Below are positions 46,790 to 56,587 of a stretch of DNA of 61,021 bases, one piece after another. This DNA comes from an uncultured Rhodobacterales bacterium (GTDB lineage: Bacteria > Pseudomonadota > Alphaproteobacteria > Rhodobacterales > CAZPXZ01). The stretch covers positions 1 to 61,021 of the forward strand of contig CAZPXZ010000005.1 of assembly GCA_964590405.1 (NCBI GenBank), read 5' to 3'. Below the pieces are notes generated by a model. That model searched no databases and was not told the DNA's origin. It was given only the letters and a program-made list of their open reading frames with translations. Made by a program: the position numbers and the translations under genes. Each line of letters begins with the position of its first letter. Position 1 is the first letter of the stretch.

Positions 46790-48195
46790 TGGGTTCTGTC
46801 CTCTCCGAGTTCGATCACCGGTAGACCGGTTGCCGCCGCGAACGAACGAAGGGCCGGCCGGTGTTCGCCATAGGCGAGTGCGAGATGATGCTCGAGGCCG
46901 GAAGCCATCACGTCCCGGAGCACGGTGTTTGCGGGGCGGTCGAATCGAACCACGCCGGACGTTCCCGCAAAGGAGTTCGGCCGTTGCAGCATCTCGCCGC
47001 CGGCGATCACCAATTTGGGAGTACCCCTCGCCTGGCTGACCCGGACAAGGGTTACCCGTCCGGGACGGAGGGGGAATTCGTAAAGCAGTGGCATCCTGCG
47101 GTTGGAATGTACGGTTGCCTGGATGGCGGTATCGGTGTCCGCCATCTCGAGGGGAGCCTGCCCGCAGTGCCAGACGACACCGGTGTTGTCTTCAGCCTGG
47201 ACATCCACGAGGTCCGTCAGGAAAACGGGTTCGCCGGTCGTGATCCGAAGCAGCAACTGTGTCAGCGCACCATAGATGTCCGCTTCGCAGGCGCAGGGGA
47301 TGCCCGTCGAACCCAGCAGGGAGGCGGGACCGCAGAGCGCGCCGCCATATTCCGTGAACGCTTCCGGCCAGCAACGGATGGCCAGCGCGTCCAGTCGCCT
47401 GGAACCGGCGATTTCATCGAGCGCGAGCTTCAGGCGCAGTGAGCGCTCCAGTTCTTTCTGGTTCAGCACTTCGAGTCCGGAAACCTGCTGCGCGACCGTA
47501 TCCCGCAACGTCTCCACGTCCGGTGCCTGCGACTTGCGGGCTTCACTGAAAAGATCGGACAAGGGAATATCTTCCACGGCGATTCCGGACAGCCTGGCGA
47601 GTGCACGGGGATCATACGCACATGTGTGGAAGCCTTCCGGGTGAGATCCAATCCGCCCGATGCGGCACTTCCCCAGTCGTTCGGCAAGCTCTCGGCCAAG
47701 ACCCGGGTCTACTTCCGGCGGTGCTCCTTGCAGCGGTTCGAACGAGCATTCTCCCTTCAGCAGGCCCTTCAGATCAGCGATTTCGGGATCTGCGTAGAGC
47801 CAGCCGAAATCACGCTGGCAGAGACCGAGTGCATGCGATGCGAGATTCAATCCACAGAACGCATTCAACCGCAACCGTCCTCCAGTGCGAGGCTCGGGAA
47901 CTGCCCAGATCAGGATCGGCGCATCGACCTTCTCCGAGACTTCGATGGTCAGCGCTGCATCCGTAAAGGTAACCTGCAGCACCAGAAGGCAGTCGATGTC
48001 GGCCGAGCGAAGGCTGGCGATCGTCCGGTGCGTGTCTTCCGCTTCCAGGAGCAGCGTGCGCGAGCCCGTGACCTCCATGCCGAGTTCGTCGATCCTGGAC
48101 AGCATTGCGGACAGCCTGGAATTGGCGTAGTCGACATCGAAGGTCGGTCGTGCGAGGGGAAGGATGCCGATCCGGGTCATTTCGGGTGTAGCCAT
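46786..48195 (-). CDS. L-fucose/L-arabinose isomerase family-like protein
   Basis: 469 aa. N-terminal IGILPLARPTFD... and RLNAFCGLNLASHAL resemble that family as I remember it. It overlaps the downstream oxidoreductase by 4 bp. Confidence 0.6.
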   Translation of the reverse strand: MATPEMTRIGILPLARPTFDVDYANSRLSAMLSRIDELGMEVTGSRTLLLEAEDTHRTIASLRSADIDCLLVLQVTFTDAALTIEVSEKVDAPILIWAVPEPRTGGRLRLNAFCGLNLASHALGLCQRDFGWLYADPEIADLKGLLKGECSFEPLQGAPPEVDPGLGRELAERLGKCRIGRIGSHPEGFHTCAYDPRALARLSGIAVEDIPLSDLFSEARKSQAPDVETLRDTVAQQVSGLEVLNQKELERSLRLKLALDEIAGSRRLDALAIRCWPEAFTEYGGALCGPASLLGSTGIPCACEADIYGALTQLLLRITTGEPVFLTDLVDVQAEDNTGVVWHCGQAPLEMADTDTAIQATVHSNRRMPLLYEFPLRPGRVTLVRVSQARGTPKLVIAGGEMLQRPNSFAGTSGVVRFDRPANTVLRDVMASGLEHHLALAYGEHRPALRSFAAATGLPVIELGEDRTH

Positions 48196-48226
48196 TCGAG
48201 GACGGGAAGCACAGGACGATACAGCA

Positions 48227-49627
48227 TTATCGATCGATCTCCAGCCCGCTCGGAACGCGGTCCGGAATGCCCAGCCTTCCGTCGATGCTCGATGTTCCGG
48301 TCAAGGCATGGAGGAAGGCGACGAGTTCGTCGATCTCGGTTTCATTGAGCGGGATTGGTCGGATGTCGACCCTTGATCGGAGGCGGTCCATTTCCCGCTG
48401 GTCGTCGAACACGACGAAGTCGGTTGCAGCGAGCCAATCGGCTTCCGGCAGGCGCGCATTCTCGGGCGACCATTTGTCGAGCGAACCGATGGGATCGAGA
48501 TGGTGCCGGACGATGCCGTACAGGTCGCGATAGGCACCGTTATGGCCGTAGGGGGCGGTCAGGGCCACATTGCGCAGCATGGGCGTGCGGAAGCGGTAGG
48601 CGTCCTCGATGCGGTCGCTCTCTGCCATGCGACCGACATCGCGGGCATAGGGGTCGAAGAGCCTGGTGCGCCCGGGGCCAAAATTGGGAAGAGCCAGAGC
48701 ATGGAAATCCTGGTCGGAGAGCAATCGACCGCTGTGACAGCTACTGCATCCGGCCTTGCCGAAAAAGAGGTTCATTCCGCGGATCTGTGGCGGCTCCAGG
48801 GCGCCGGTGTCGCCGGCCAGAAACTGATCATACGCACTATCAAAACTGCGGAACTCGAAGTTCACGAAGTCCGCCAGCGCATTCGCGATATGCCGGATGC
48901 CGATTTCCTCTCCGGCCACAAGCTCCGGATAGGCCTTCCGCAACCTGGACGCATACTCCGGAATGGCCCGCACCCGATTGGCGATCGCCTTCCAGCCTTC
49001 GGAAAGCCGTCTGCGGGATGCCTTCGCGATATCATTGTCCTCCCGTTGCCCAACCATTTCGAACTCCGAGGTCACCGGCAGAAGTGCCTGGGCGGCGAGC
49101 ACCGTGGACAATCCGTCGGGCAGGTCTTCCGCCGCAGGTGTGTCGAAGCCGTTACCATGAAGGTTCGAGACCGAGACCCGACCATCATGCAGGAGCACAC
49201 GGATCTCTCTTGCACCCAGGTTCCAGAGGCCCGGCGCATTGCGCGGGATCCGTTTCCGGATGCGGGTGTTTCCGGACCCCGCATTCCGTGCCGGACCGAG
49301 ACCGGAGCCACCCTCACCAAGCCCGAGGCTCAATCCGTCCGAGGTACCATGCCTGGGGTGATGGCAGGTGGCGCAGGCGATATTCTGGTTTCCGCTCAGG
49401 ATGGGATCAAAGAACAACAGCCGTCCCACTTCGACGGCCTTGGGGTTAACCGGATGAAAATGGCGATCGTCAAGGCCCGGGGTACCGGCGACTGCACAAT
49501 GTGCGAAGGAGGCAAGGACCAGACCGAGACATGTACTTCTCGAGTCCGGGCCAGTCGAGCGCTGAGAATGAGCGGCCTTGCGCTGCTGCTGCTTCTTTCG
49601 CCAACGGCCCAGGCAGATATCGAGCAT
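48227..49627 (-). CDS. di-haem cytochrome c peroxidase (CCP/MauG family)
   Basis: Two CxxCH motifs (CATCHH and CSSCHS). PMLRNVALTAPYGHNG motif. The start is uncertain: the first in-frame ATG that leaves a hydrophobic leader is at 49627. Confidence 0.8.
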   Translation of the reverse strand: MLDICLGRWRKKQQQRKAAHSQRSTGPDSRSTCLGLVLASFAHCAVAGTPGLDDRHFHPVNPKAVEVGRLLFFDPILSGNQNIACATCHHPRHGTSDGLSLGLGEGGSGLGPARNAGSGNTRIRKRIPRNAPGLWNLGAREIRVLLHDGRVSVSNLHGNGFDTPAAEDLPDGLSTVLAAQALLPVTSEFEMVGQREDNDIAKASRRRLSEGWKAIANRVRAIPEYASRLRKAYPELVAGEEIGIRHIANALADFVNFEFRSFDSAYDQFLAGDTGALEPPQIRGMNLFFGKAGCSSCHSGRLLSDQDFHALALPNFGPGRTRLFDPYARDVGRMAESDRIEDAYRFRTPMLRNVALTAPYGHNGAYRDLYGIVRHHLDPIGSLDKWSPENARLPEADWLAATDFVVFDDQREMDRLRSRVDIRPIPLNETEIDELVAFLHALTGTSSIDGRLGIPDRVPSGLEIDR

Positions 49628-50035
49628 GCCCGCCAATTGATGAAGGCCGGCGCCTTCGAGGAAGCGCACCGGGAACTTTGGCCGGCAGCGCGTTCGGGAA
49701 ACGCTGACGCGGAAGAACTGATCGGTGTGATGTATGCGCTTGGCCTTGGAGTCGAGCGGGACGATATCCGTGCCTTCGAATGGTACCTGCGCGCAGCGAT
49801 GAAAGGGCATCCAGGTGCCCAATCCGGGGTGGGCTGGTACTACGAGATCGGACGCGGCATGCCTGCGCCTGACCTTGTCCGCGCGTATGTCTGGTATGTG
49901 CTCAGTACCATCGGCGGCGATCCCGACGCGGCGATCAGCCAGGAGGAAGTCATCAAGAAAATGACCCGCCAGGAGATTGAGCACGCTCATGAGCTGATCG
50001 ACGACTACCGTGTCTGGTTGTATCCGTTTCGATGA
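49568..50035 (+). CDS. Sel1-repeat (SLR) protein, secreted
   Basis: MSGLALLLLLSPTAQA signal peptide. Sel1-type repeats (AEELIGVMYALGLGVERDDIRAFEWYLRAAMKGHPGAQSGVGWYYEIGRG). Confidence 0.7.
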   Translation: MSGLALLLLLSPTAQADIEHARQLMKAGAFEEAHRELWPAARSGNADAEELIGVMYALGLGVERDDIRAFEWYLRAAMKGHPGAQSGVGWYYEIGRGMPAPDLVRAYVWYVLSTIGGDPDAAISQEEVIKKMTRQEIEHAHELIDDYRVWLYPFR

Positions 50036-50041
50036 CAGGTT

Positions 50042-50071
50042 CTGGCGAGGCTGCCGAAGCAGCCTCGCCAG
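50042..50071. terminator. bidirectional hairpin terminator candidate
   Basis: CTGGCGAGGCTGC-CGAA-GCAGCCTCGCCAG is a perfect 13-bp stem lying between the convergent Sel1 and dctP genes. Confidence 0.6.
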
Positions 50072-50089
50072 CTAATGTGCGTGTAGTCG

Positions 50090-51151
50090 TCAGTTCAGTT
50101 CGTTCGCATAGACGTCCGCCAGATCACCCTCCACTTCCGCGACGGTGGAAGTCAGGGCGTCGAAGATCTCTTCACCGCCATCGATATTGGCCTTGAACCA
50201 CTCGTAGACGGGCTCGGCAGCTGCCGCAAATGCGGCCTTCTCCTCGGGAGTCGGCACATAAATGTCACCGCCTCCGGCCGCGAAGTCCTCATAGGCCTGG
50301 ATGGACTTGCGCTTCGGAGAAGCGAACGTCGCCTGCTGAAGCTGGTAGAAACCGTCCGAGACGACCTTTCTCAGATCCTCTGACATCGACATGAACCGGT
50401 CATTGTTCATGAACCACAGGGCACCCATATAGGCATGGCCGTCAAGGGTCACGTACTGGAGCCCGGCATCCGGGAATTTCATGTTCATGATGTCAGTGAT
50501 GCCATTCTTCGATCCCTCGACAACACCGGTCTGGAACGAGGTGAACAGCTCGGGCCACGGAATGGGTGTAGGCGAAGCACCGAGCGCCTTGACCAGTTCC
50601 TGCGGAAGATCAGCGACAACGGTCCGGATCTTCAGTCCCGCAAGATCATCGGGATTTTGAACCCGGCGCTTGGTGTTGGCGAAATTGCGCCAGCCGCCGG
50701 TATTTCCGATGGTCATCAGGCGAACCGCACCGCCGGACGAATCCTGGACCATGGACTGCATGGTGCGAATGAAGCCGCTCCCATTGGACAGCGCCGCCTC
50801 GGCAATGCGGTCGTCGGCCATGAGATACGGCAGGTCGAGCACTTGCACGAACGGAAAGATCCCCGCAGTTCCACCGGAAGTCGAGATGTAGATGTCGATG
50901 GAACCATCGGCGATACCCTGCATGCATTCCGTTCCGTTGGAGCAGAGTTGCGTGCCGATGAAGAGTTCGACCTCGATGGCGCCGTTCGAAGCGGCTTCGA
51001 CATACTGCTTGAAAACATTCAGGCCGTCGGCGTCTTCGTCGGCTTCGTTCGAGTTGGCGGTTGCACGAAGCGTGTAGTCGGCGGCCTGCGCGACACCGCC
51101 GGCGACCATCATTGCGATCATCAGTCCACCAAGGACTGTTCTTGTTGCCAT
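50090..51151 (-). CDS. dctP: TRAP transporter substrate-binding protein (DctP family)
   Basis: Signal peptide MATRTVLGGLMIAMMVAGGVAQA. DctP-type pattern. Last gene of a Q-M-P operon. Confidence 0.8.
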   Translation of the reverse strand: MATRTVLGGLMIAMMVAGGVAQAADYTLRATANSNEADEDADGLNVFKQYVEAASNGAIEVELFIGTQLCSNGTECMQGIADGSIDIYISTSGGTAGIFPFVQVLDLPYLMADDRIAEAALSNGSGFIRTMQSMVQDSSGGAVRLMTIGNTGGWRNFANTKRRVQNPDDLAGLKIRTVVADLPQELVKALGASPTPIPWPELFTSFQTGVVEGSKNGITDIMNMKFPDAGLQYVTLDGHAYMGALWFMNNDRFMSMSEDLRKVVSDGFYQLQQATFASPKRKSIQAYEDFAAGGGDIYVPTPEEKAAFAAAAEPVYEWFKANIDGGEEIFDALTSTVAEVEGDLADVYANELN

Positions 51152-51233
51152 GGGTTCCTCCATGTCTTGGCTAAGGGAGCATCAAAGCGCCGCGTCTGAC
51201 GCGGCGCGTGCTTTCCTGCTCGCTTGACGGGCT

Positions 51234-52724
51234 TCACTGGATGAATCCCGCGAGCCTCGGGATGGTGAGGGAGATTGCAGGAAAGAACGTGATCAGGAAG
51301 ATTACCAGAACCTCGACCGCAAGAAAAGGCAGGATGGCGATCGATATGCTCTCCATCTTCTCCCCCGATACGGATGAGGCCACGAAGAGAACCAGTCCCA
51401 TGGGCGGCGTTGCGAGACCGACGGTCAGGTTGACGGACATGATCATCGCGAAATGCACGGGGTGTACGCCGAGATCCACGAACACAGGTCCGAGGATGGG
51501 TCCCAGGATGATGATCGCCGGACCGGCATCGAGGAACATTCCCACGACGAACAGGAGAATGTTGATCAGGAACAGCAGCACCAGCGGGTTGTCCGACAGG
51601 CCGAGGATAAAGTCCGCGAGGAACTCGGGCGCGTGGCTCAGGCTGACAACGGTCTTGAACGCAACGGCGGCTCCGACGAGCAGCAGAACCGTGGATGATG
51701 CGAGCGCGGATTTGGTGAAGACTGCCGGCAAGTCCCGCCATTTCATGTGCTTGAGAAGGAAAAGGCTGATCAGCAGCGCGTAGAGCACGGCGATGACCGA
51801 GGCTTCCGTAGGTGTGAACACCCCGATCAGGATGCCGCCGAGAATGATGATGGGGGTCTGCAATGGCACCACGGCGCGCTTGCAGACGATCCTGAAGTCA
51901 TGACTGATCCTGGTTCGCAGCCAGAGAAGGAGCAGGTGGGACGGTATCAGGAACCCTGCGAAGGCAATCCACTTGCCGGTGGCAGCTATCGTGGTCCCGG
52001 TTAGCGACAGGATCAGCGTGAACCCGGCAAACATGACAGCCGCGAGGTTCAGTCGCAGGAGAACGAAGGAGATCAGGCCCTCGGCCGTCGAAATTTCCAC
52101 GTCCTTCTTCACGATCCGTTCGGCCTTGGGAAGGTCGTACCGGTCCGCGAGAAGGCGGACCATGCACATGAGACCCACGCCGACCAGAACGCCGGGCACA
52201 ACGCCGGCCAGGAACAGCGCCGCCACGCTTTCACCCATGACATAGGCGTAGATGATCATGATTCCGGAGGGCGGAATGATGGGACCGATCACCGACGAGG
52301 CTGCCGTGATCGCCGCGGCGAAACGACGTGTGTAGCCGTTTTTCTCCATCGCCGGAATCAGGGTGGAACCGAGGGCAGACGTATCGGCCACGGCGGAGCC
52401 GGAAAGACCTGCGAAAAGAATGGATGAGAGAATGTTCACATGGGCCAATCCACCGCGCAAATGTCCCATGAGTGCCTGGCTGAACTCGACGAGTCGGATC
52501 GTGATCCCGCCACGGTTCATCAATTCGCCGGCGAGCATGAAGAAGGGCAGCGCCATGAGAGGAAAGCTGTCCATGCCGGAATACACGTTGCGGTACAGGA
52601 TCGCGAGATCCCGCTCCTGTCCGTTCAGCCAGAGTAGGACGCCGGGTGCGGCCAGCAGGGCGAAGAACACCGGCATACCGACCAGGAGGAGCAGCAGGAA
52701 GGCGGGCAGGAACCAGACCAGCAT
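51234..52724 (-). CDS. dctM: TRAP transporter large permease (DctM) with an internal insertion
   Basis: 496 aa. MALPFFMLAGELMN, ILGGILIGVFTPTEA and the C-terminal half are typical of DctM. About 60-65 extra residues lie between DRYDLPKAE and PLQTPIIILGG. Confidence 0.85.
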   Translation of the reverse strand: MLVWFLPAFLLLLLVGMPVFFALLAAPGVLLWLNGQERDLAILYRNVYSGMDSFPLMALPFFMLAGELMNRGGITIRLVEFSQALMGHLRGGLAHVNILSSILFAGLSGSAVADTSALGSTLIPAMEKNGYTRRFAAAITAASSVIGPIIPPSGIMIIYAYVMGESVAALFLAGVVPGVLVGVGLMCMVRLLADRYDLPKAERIVKKDVEISTAEGLISFVLLRLNLAAVMFAGFTLILSLTGTTIAATGKWIAFAGFLIPSHLLLLWLRTRISHDFRIVCKRAVVPLQTPIIILGGILIGVFTPTEASVIAVLYALLISLFLLKHMKWRDLPAVFTKSALASSTVLLLVGAAVAFKTVVSLSHAPEFLADFILGLSDNPLVLLFLINILLFVVGMFLDAGPAIIILGPILGPVFVDLGVHPVHFAMIMSVNLTVGLATPPMGLVLFVASSVSGEKMESISIAILPFLAVEVLVIFLITFFPAISLTIPRLAGFIQ

Positions 52725-53356
52725 CAGTCGGCACTCACCATGATGCGGTCGGGATCGTCCTCCAGCGGGGCGTCCGGGTCGATCAGCAGGATCAGGTTGC
52801 GAAGGATCAGTTCAACGGAAACCGCGATGAGAAGCAGGATGCCCACGAACACGGACAGGAACATCCATGTGAGCTTGACGCGGTTCCACTCGAGCCCGCC
52901 CCATGCGATGGTCTTTGTCTTGCAGGGGCTTAGCCAGTTCACCTCCAGCGTGAAGGGAACGTAGAGTGTTGCGGAATTGAACAGGCATCCGGACTGGATG
53001 TGCTTGAGTCCGAACGGGACAGCGCTCAGGAGTACCACAAGGCAGAAGCACAGGAGAACCATGTTCAACAGGATCCCGCCTCGCTGGGGCAGGGCGCGGG
53101 GAAACATGTCGATTGCGACGAACCCGCCCCAGCGAAAGGCCGATGGAGCGACCAGCCCGGTCATCCAGAGCATCAGGAATCGAGCCAGTTCGTCGGGCCA
53201 CGGAAGTGCGTTGTTCAGTCCGTATCGAAAAACGACTTGCAGGAAGATCACCACGACCATGGCCGCCAGCGCCATCCAGGCGAGATGTCGGCCAAGGCGC
53301 AACACCCACGTGTTGAAGGCGGCTATGGCGAGCAGGATTCCGCGTAGCACTGTCAA
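52724..53356 (-). CDS. dctQ: TRAP transporter small permease (DctQ)
   Basis: 210 aa with four or more hydrophobic segments. It abuts dctM. Confidence 0.75.
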   Translation of the reverse strand: MTVLRGILLAIAAFNTWVLRLGRHLAWMALAAMVVVIFLQVVFRYGLNNALPWPDELARFLMLWMTGLVAPSAFRWGGFVAIDMFPRALPQRGGILLNMVLLCFCLVVLLSAVPFGLKHIQSGCLFNSATLYVPFTLEVNWLSPCKTKTIAWGGLEWNRVKLTWMFLSVFVGILLLIAVSVELILRNLILLIDPDAPLEDDPDRIMVSAD

Positions 53357-53782
53357 TCAACTGTTCCCGCACATGACAGCTTCGCCGGTCGGCAAATGGT
53401 GCAATCCGGCAGACCGTAGGCAAGCCCCGAAGTCTAGTCAAGCAAGACGGACTGCGACGAGGACTGTTCTCGACGGAGTACCGCATCCCCACATGGTCAG
53501 CGCAACCGACAATCTCGAGACATCCGAGCACCGTGTTGGTGCCGACCTCCGTCGAATTCTCGCGGTGTTCGGGAGAATCCGGCAATCCCGCAGGCTCCAG
53601 GAAGTCACGATGTCTCTTGTCCGGGGCACGGTGCCAACCGCCCGGACAACCACATGTCTTCCGGTCGGCCAATTCACGGCACGCAGTGCCAACCCAATTG
53701 TAGACATGCGTGCAGTGTGCGAGTCCGCGCAGGGCCACCCGCCGGGCAGACCTCCAGGAACGGACTCGCAAGGACAAGAGCG

Positions 53783-55813
53783 TCACTCCGACAGACTCTC
53801 GGCAAGTCGCATGAGCGACACGGCTTCGCTCCGATACGCGAACGGATCGTCGCCCCGGTTCGCCTGTGCAAGGGCAATCGCGTCTGCATAGGACCAGTCG
53901 TCAAGATAGGTGCTGCCCCTCAGAATCTGCCCAAATCCCGCGATGGCCGCCGCGAACAACGTGTCCCGGTTGCCGGTACCCATACCCGGGTTGATCGCCA
54001 GTTCGAGCAGTTTGCTCGCGTCGTGTCCGGGCTCCTTGTACCTGATCCGCAAGAAGGCAAGTTCACCATCCGTTCCCGGACGGGTTTCGGGCGAGGCCGC
54101 GTAGCGCAACGGACTATTGAGAATGGCGGGCGAGTCGACCGGCGTGATCTCGTAAATCGCCGTAACGGAATGACCTGCGCCGATCTCGCCCGCATCGACC
54201 CGGTCGTTGTTGAAGTCCTCGCGCCGGAGCGCACGCGTTTCGTAGCCGATCAGGCGATACTCAGCCACTGTCGCGGGATTGAACTCCACCTGGATCTTTA
54301 CGTCGTTGGCGATCGGGAAGAGGGCGCCGGTCAGCTGATCGACGAGCACCTTCCGGGCTTCGGAAAGCGTGTCGATATACGCTGCCTGGCCGTTCCCGTT
54401 CTGAGCGAGGGACTGCATCGTTGCGTCATCCAGGTTTCCGCGACCGAACCCGAGGACAGAGAGATAGACTCCATCGTCGCGCCTGCCGGCGATGAGGTCC
54501 TTCAACTGATCGGGATCCGAGATGCCGACATTGAAGTCACCATCCGTCGCGAGGATCACGCGGGTCACCTCTCCGTCGGAAGCCATCTCTCCGGCGACCC
54601 GATAGGCCAGGAGCAGTCCCTCGGCCCCGGCGGTTGAACCGCCGGAATGGAGTCGGTCGAGCGCAGAATGGATGGTGGACAGGTCAGACGCCGTGGTCGC
54701 ATCCAGCACCACGCCCGCGCTGCCGGCGTGGGCGACGATGGCAATCTCGTCTTCCGGGCGCAATTGGCCGACCAGCAATCGAAGTGACCGGACCAGCAAC
54801 GGCAACTTGTTGAGCTCGTCCATGGACCCCGACGTGTCGATGAGAAAGACGAGATTCAGCGGCGGACGATCGGCGGTCGCAGGCAATCGGCCCTGGAGCG
54901 CCAGGTGAACCAGCTGCGTGTCGGGATTCCACGGCGTCGGTACAACGGTCACGCTCGGCCTGAACGGCGCTTCGTCCGCTTCCGGAGCAGGGTAGCCATA
55001 GGGAAAGTAGTTGATCATTTCCTCGATGCGAACGGCATCGGCGGGAGGCAGGAAACCGTTCATCAGCGAGGAGCGGACCACTGCGTAGCTGGCAGTGTCA
55101 ACATCGATGGAGAATGTCGAAACTGGCTCCTCAAGAGTAACTTTCACCGGATCGGGATCAAGATTGGCAAAGGTCTCGGTGCCGTCGAAATCCCTGGAAT
55201 CCAATGCCAGCGATGGGTGTGACCAACGTTCCATGGCGGGGGAACCGAAGGAGTCGAGCGTGGCCGCCTCATCGGCCGCGAAGGTGGATCGCGAAAGTCT
55301 CTTTCCTTCCTCCAGGCGCCTCGCGAGGTGGGGAGCTTGCGCCGCCATCGGGGGCTGCACAACCGGACTGGCGGCGATGATCGACGATTCCGTGGCGATC
55401 GGCGATTCCATATCGTTCCATTCCGCTTCCGTAACCGCGTCCGCCTCTGGCGGTGCCTGGGATTCCTGCTGCAATTCGACGCTCCGGGAGGCATCCGGTC
55501 TGCTGCCCAGGAGAGGCAGGTACGAATCCTGGCGCAGGAACGGCACGATGACGAGAATGACCAAGGCAACGGTCACGGTGGCGGCCGTGATCGCGGGTCG
55601 TGTGGCAAGGGTCGCGAGCATTCTTTCTACTCCTCTTCCGAGATTCGCCCATCTGGCAGGGCGGTTACGAGTAGGACGCTCTTCCGACGCCAATTCTTGG
55701 AATTGATCGAAGACTTCCAGTGCACGTTCCAGATTTGCCGCGCGCCGCGCGGCATCCGGAGCAGGTGTGGCGCTTTCGAAAGCGCGTTTCACCTGGTCGA
55801 TCGGGTCCGTCAT
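53783..55813 (-). CDS. anti-sigma factor fused to a von Willebrand factor A (YfbK-like) periplasmic domain
   Basis: 676 aa. Short cytoplasmic N-terminus, one TM (AITAATVTVALVILVIV), then the vWA/YfbK pattern (VSTFSIDVDTASY, NLVFLIDTSGSM MIDAS). The start overlaps the ECF sigma stop. Confidence 0.75.
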   Translation of the reverse strand: MTDPIDQVKRAFESATPAPDAARRAANLERALEVFDQFQELASEERPTRNRPARWANLGRGVERMLATLATRPAITAATVTVALVILVIVPFLRQDSYLPLLGSRPDASRSVELQQESQAPPEADAVTEAEWNDMESPIATESSIIAASPVVQPPMAAQAPHLARRLEEGKRLSRSTFAADEAATLDSFGSPAMERWSHPSLALDSRDFDGTETFANLDPDPVKVTLEEPVSTFSIDVDTASYAVVRSSLMNGFLPPADAVRIEEMINYFPYGYPAPEADEAPFRPSVTVVPTPWNPDTQLVHLALQGRLPATADRPPLNLVFLIDTSGSMDELNKLPLLVRSLRLLVGQLRPEDEIAIVAHAGSAGVVLDATTASDLSTIHSALDRLHSGGSTAGAEGLLLAYRVAGEMASDGEVTRVILATDGDFNVGISDPDQLKDLIAGRRDDGVYLSVLGFGRGNLDDATMQSLAQNGNGQAAYIDTLSEARKVLVDQLTGALFPIANDVKIQVEFNPATVAEYRLIGYETRALRREDFNNDRVDAGEIGAGHSVTAIYEITPVDSPAILNSPLRYAASPETRPGTDGELAFLRIRYKEPGHDASKLLELAINPGMGTGNRDTLFAAAIAGFGQILRGSTYLDDWSYADAIALAQANRGDDPFAYRSEAVSLMRLAESLSE

Positions 55814-56358
55814 TGACTCAGTTCCTCCTTCCGCAGGGACCGCAGGCGCCTTCGTACTTCCGACAGGCGCCAGCTGACGGTGCCTTCGGACACGCCGAGA
55901 ACCTGCGCAGCCTCCGCGTGGGTCATTTCCGCATCGACGGTAAGCGCCACTGTGTCCCGCAGGTCTTCCGGCAGGGAATTCATGGCCCGTCGCAGCCAGT
56001 CGAGGCGTTCGACCGTGTCTTCGGCCGCAGCGGTGCGGTTCCGTTCCCAGTAACCCCAGCCCTCGGCGGTTCTTGCGCGGACGGCGTTCCGTCGACGCCG
56101 GTCATGGGCGGCATTGACAGCTATCCGATAGAGCCAGGTGGACAATCTGGACTCTCCGCGGAAACGCCTGAGCTTGGCCGGCAGCGCGAGGCAGATGTCC
56201 TGCGTCATGTCCTCCGCGGCTTCCCTTTGTCCCGTGAGACGGAAGCACAGCCGGAACAACCCGTCGTAATGACGTTCGAGCAGCGTCGCGAACGCTTCCC
56301 GATCACCGTTGCCGGCCGCCAGGGCGAGGTCGTTGTCACCGACTTTCATGCGCATCAC
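55810..56358 (-). CDS. ECF-type RNA polymerase sigma factor
   Basis: 182 aa. Region 2 (FATLLERHYDGLFRLCFRLTG..AEDMTQD) and region 4 HTH (MTHAEAAQVLGVSEGTVSWRL). Confidence 0.85.
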   Translation of the reverse strand: MMRMKVGDNDLALAAGNGDREAFATLLERHYDGLFRLCFRLTGQREAAEDMTQDICLALPAKLRRFRGESRLSTWLYRIAVNAAHDRRRRNAVRARTAEGWGYWERNRTAAAEDTVERLDWLRRAMNSLPEDLRDTVALTVDAEMTHAEAAQVLGVSEGTVSWRLSEVRRRLRSLRKEELSQ

Positions 56359-56587
56359 ATTGACTTTGACGCATCCCGCCCGTCAAACCTTGGCAAAATC
56401 CGTTCGCCGTTCCGGGTTCGAGGATGCTGTCGGGCCAGATGCATGGGGCGTTGTGGGCGAAACGTATCTATCTTGCCGTATTCTCGACAGGATTTCAGCG
56501 GCTGTCCGACGCAGCATTTACCTTGCGCCACTTGCGCGCTAAGGAATTGCGTGGTTTCACGAAAGAGCAACAGCAGAGGACGACGCC

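Noticed and set aside
56359-56587. An ECF-type promoter (GGAAC-N16/17-CGTT) upstream of the sigma factor gene
   Set aside because: There are only loose matches (GAAT-N15-CGTT, and a GGAAC without a properly spaced -10), which is not enough to call.
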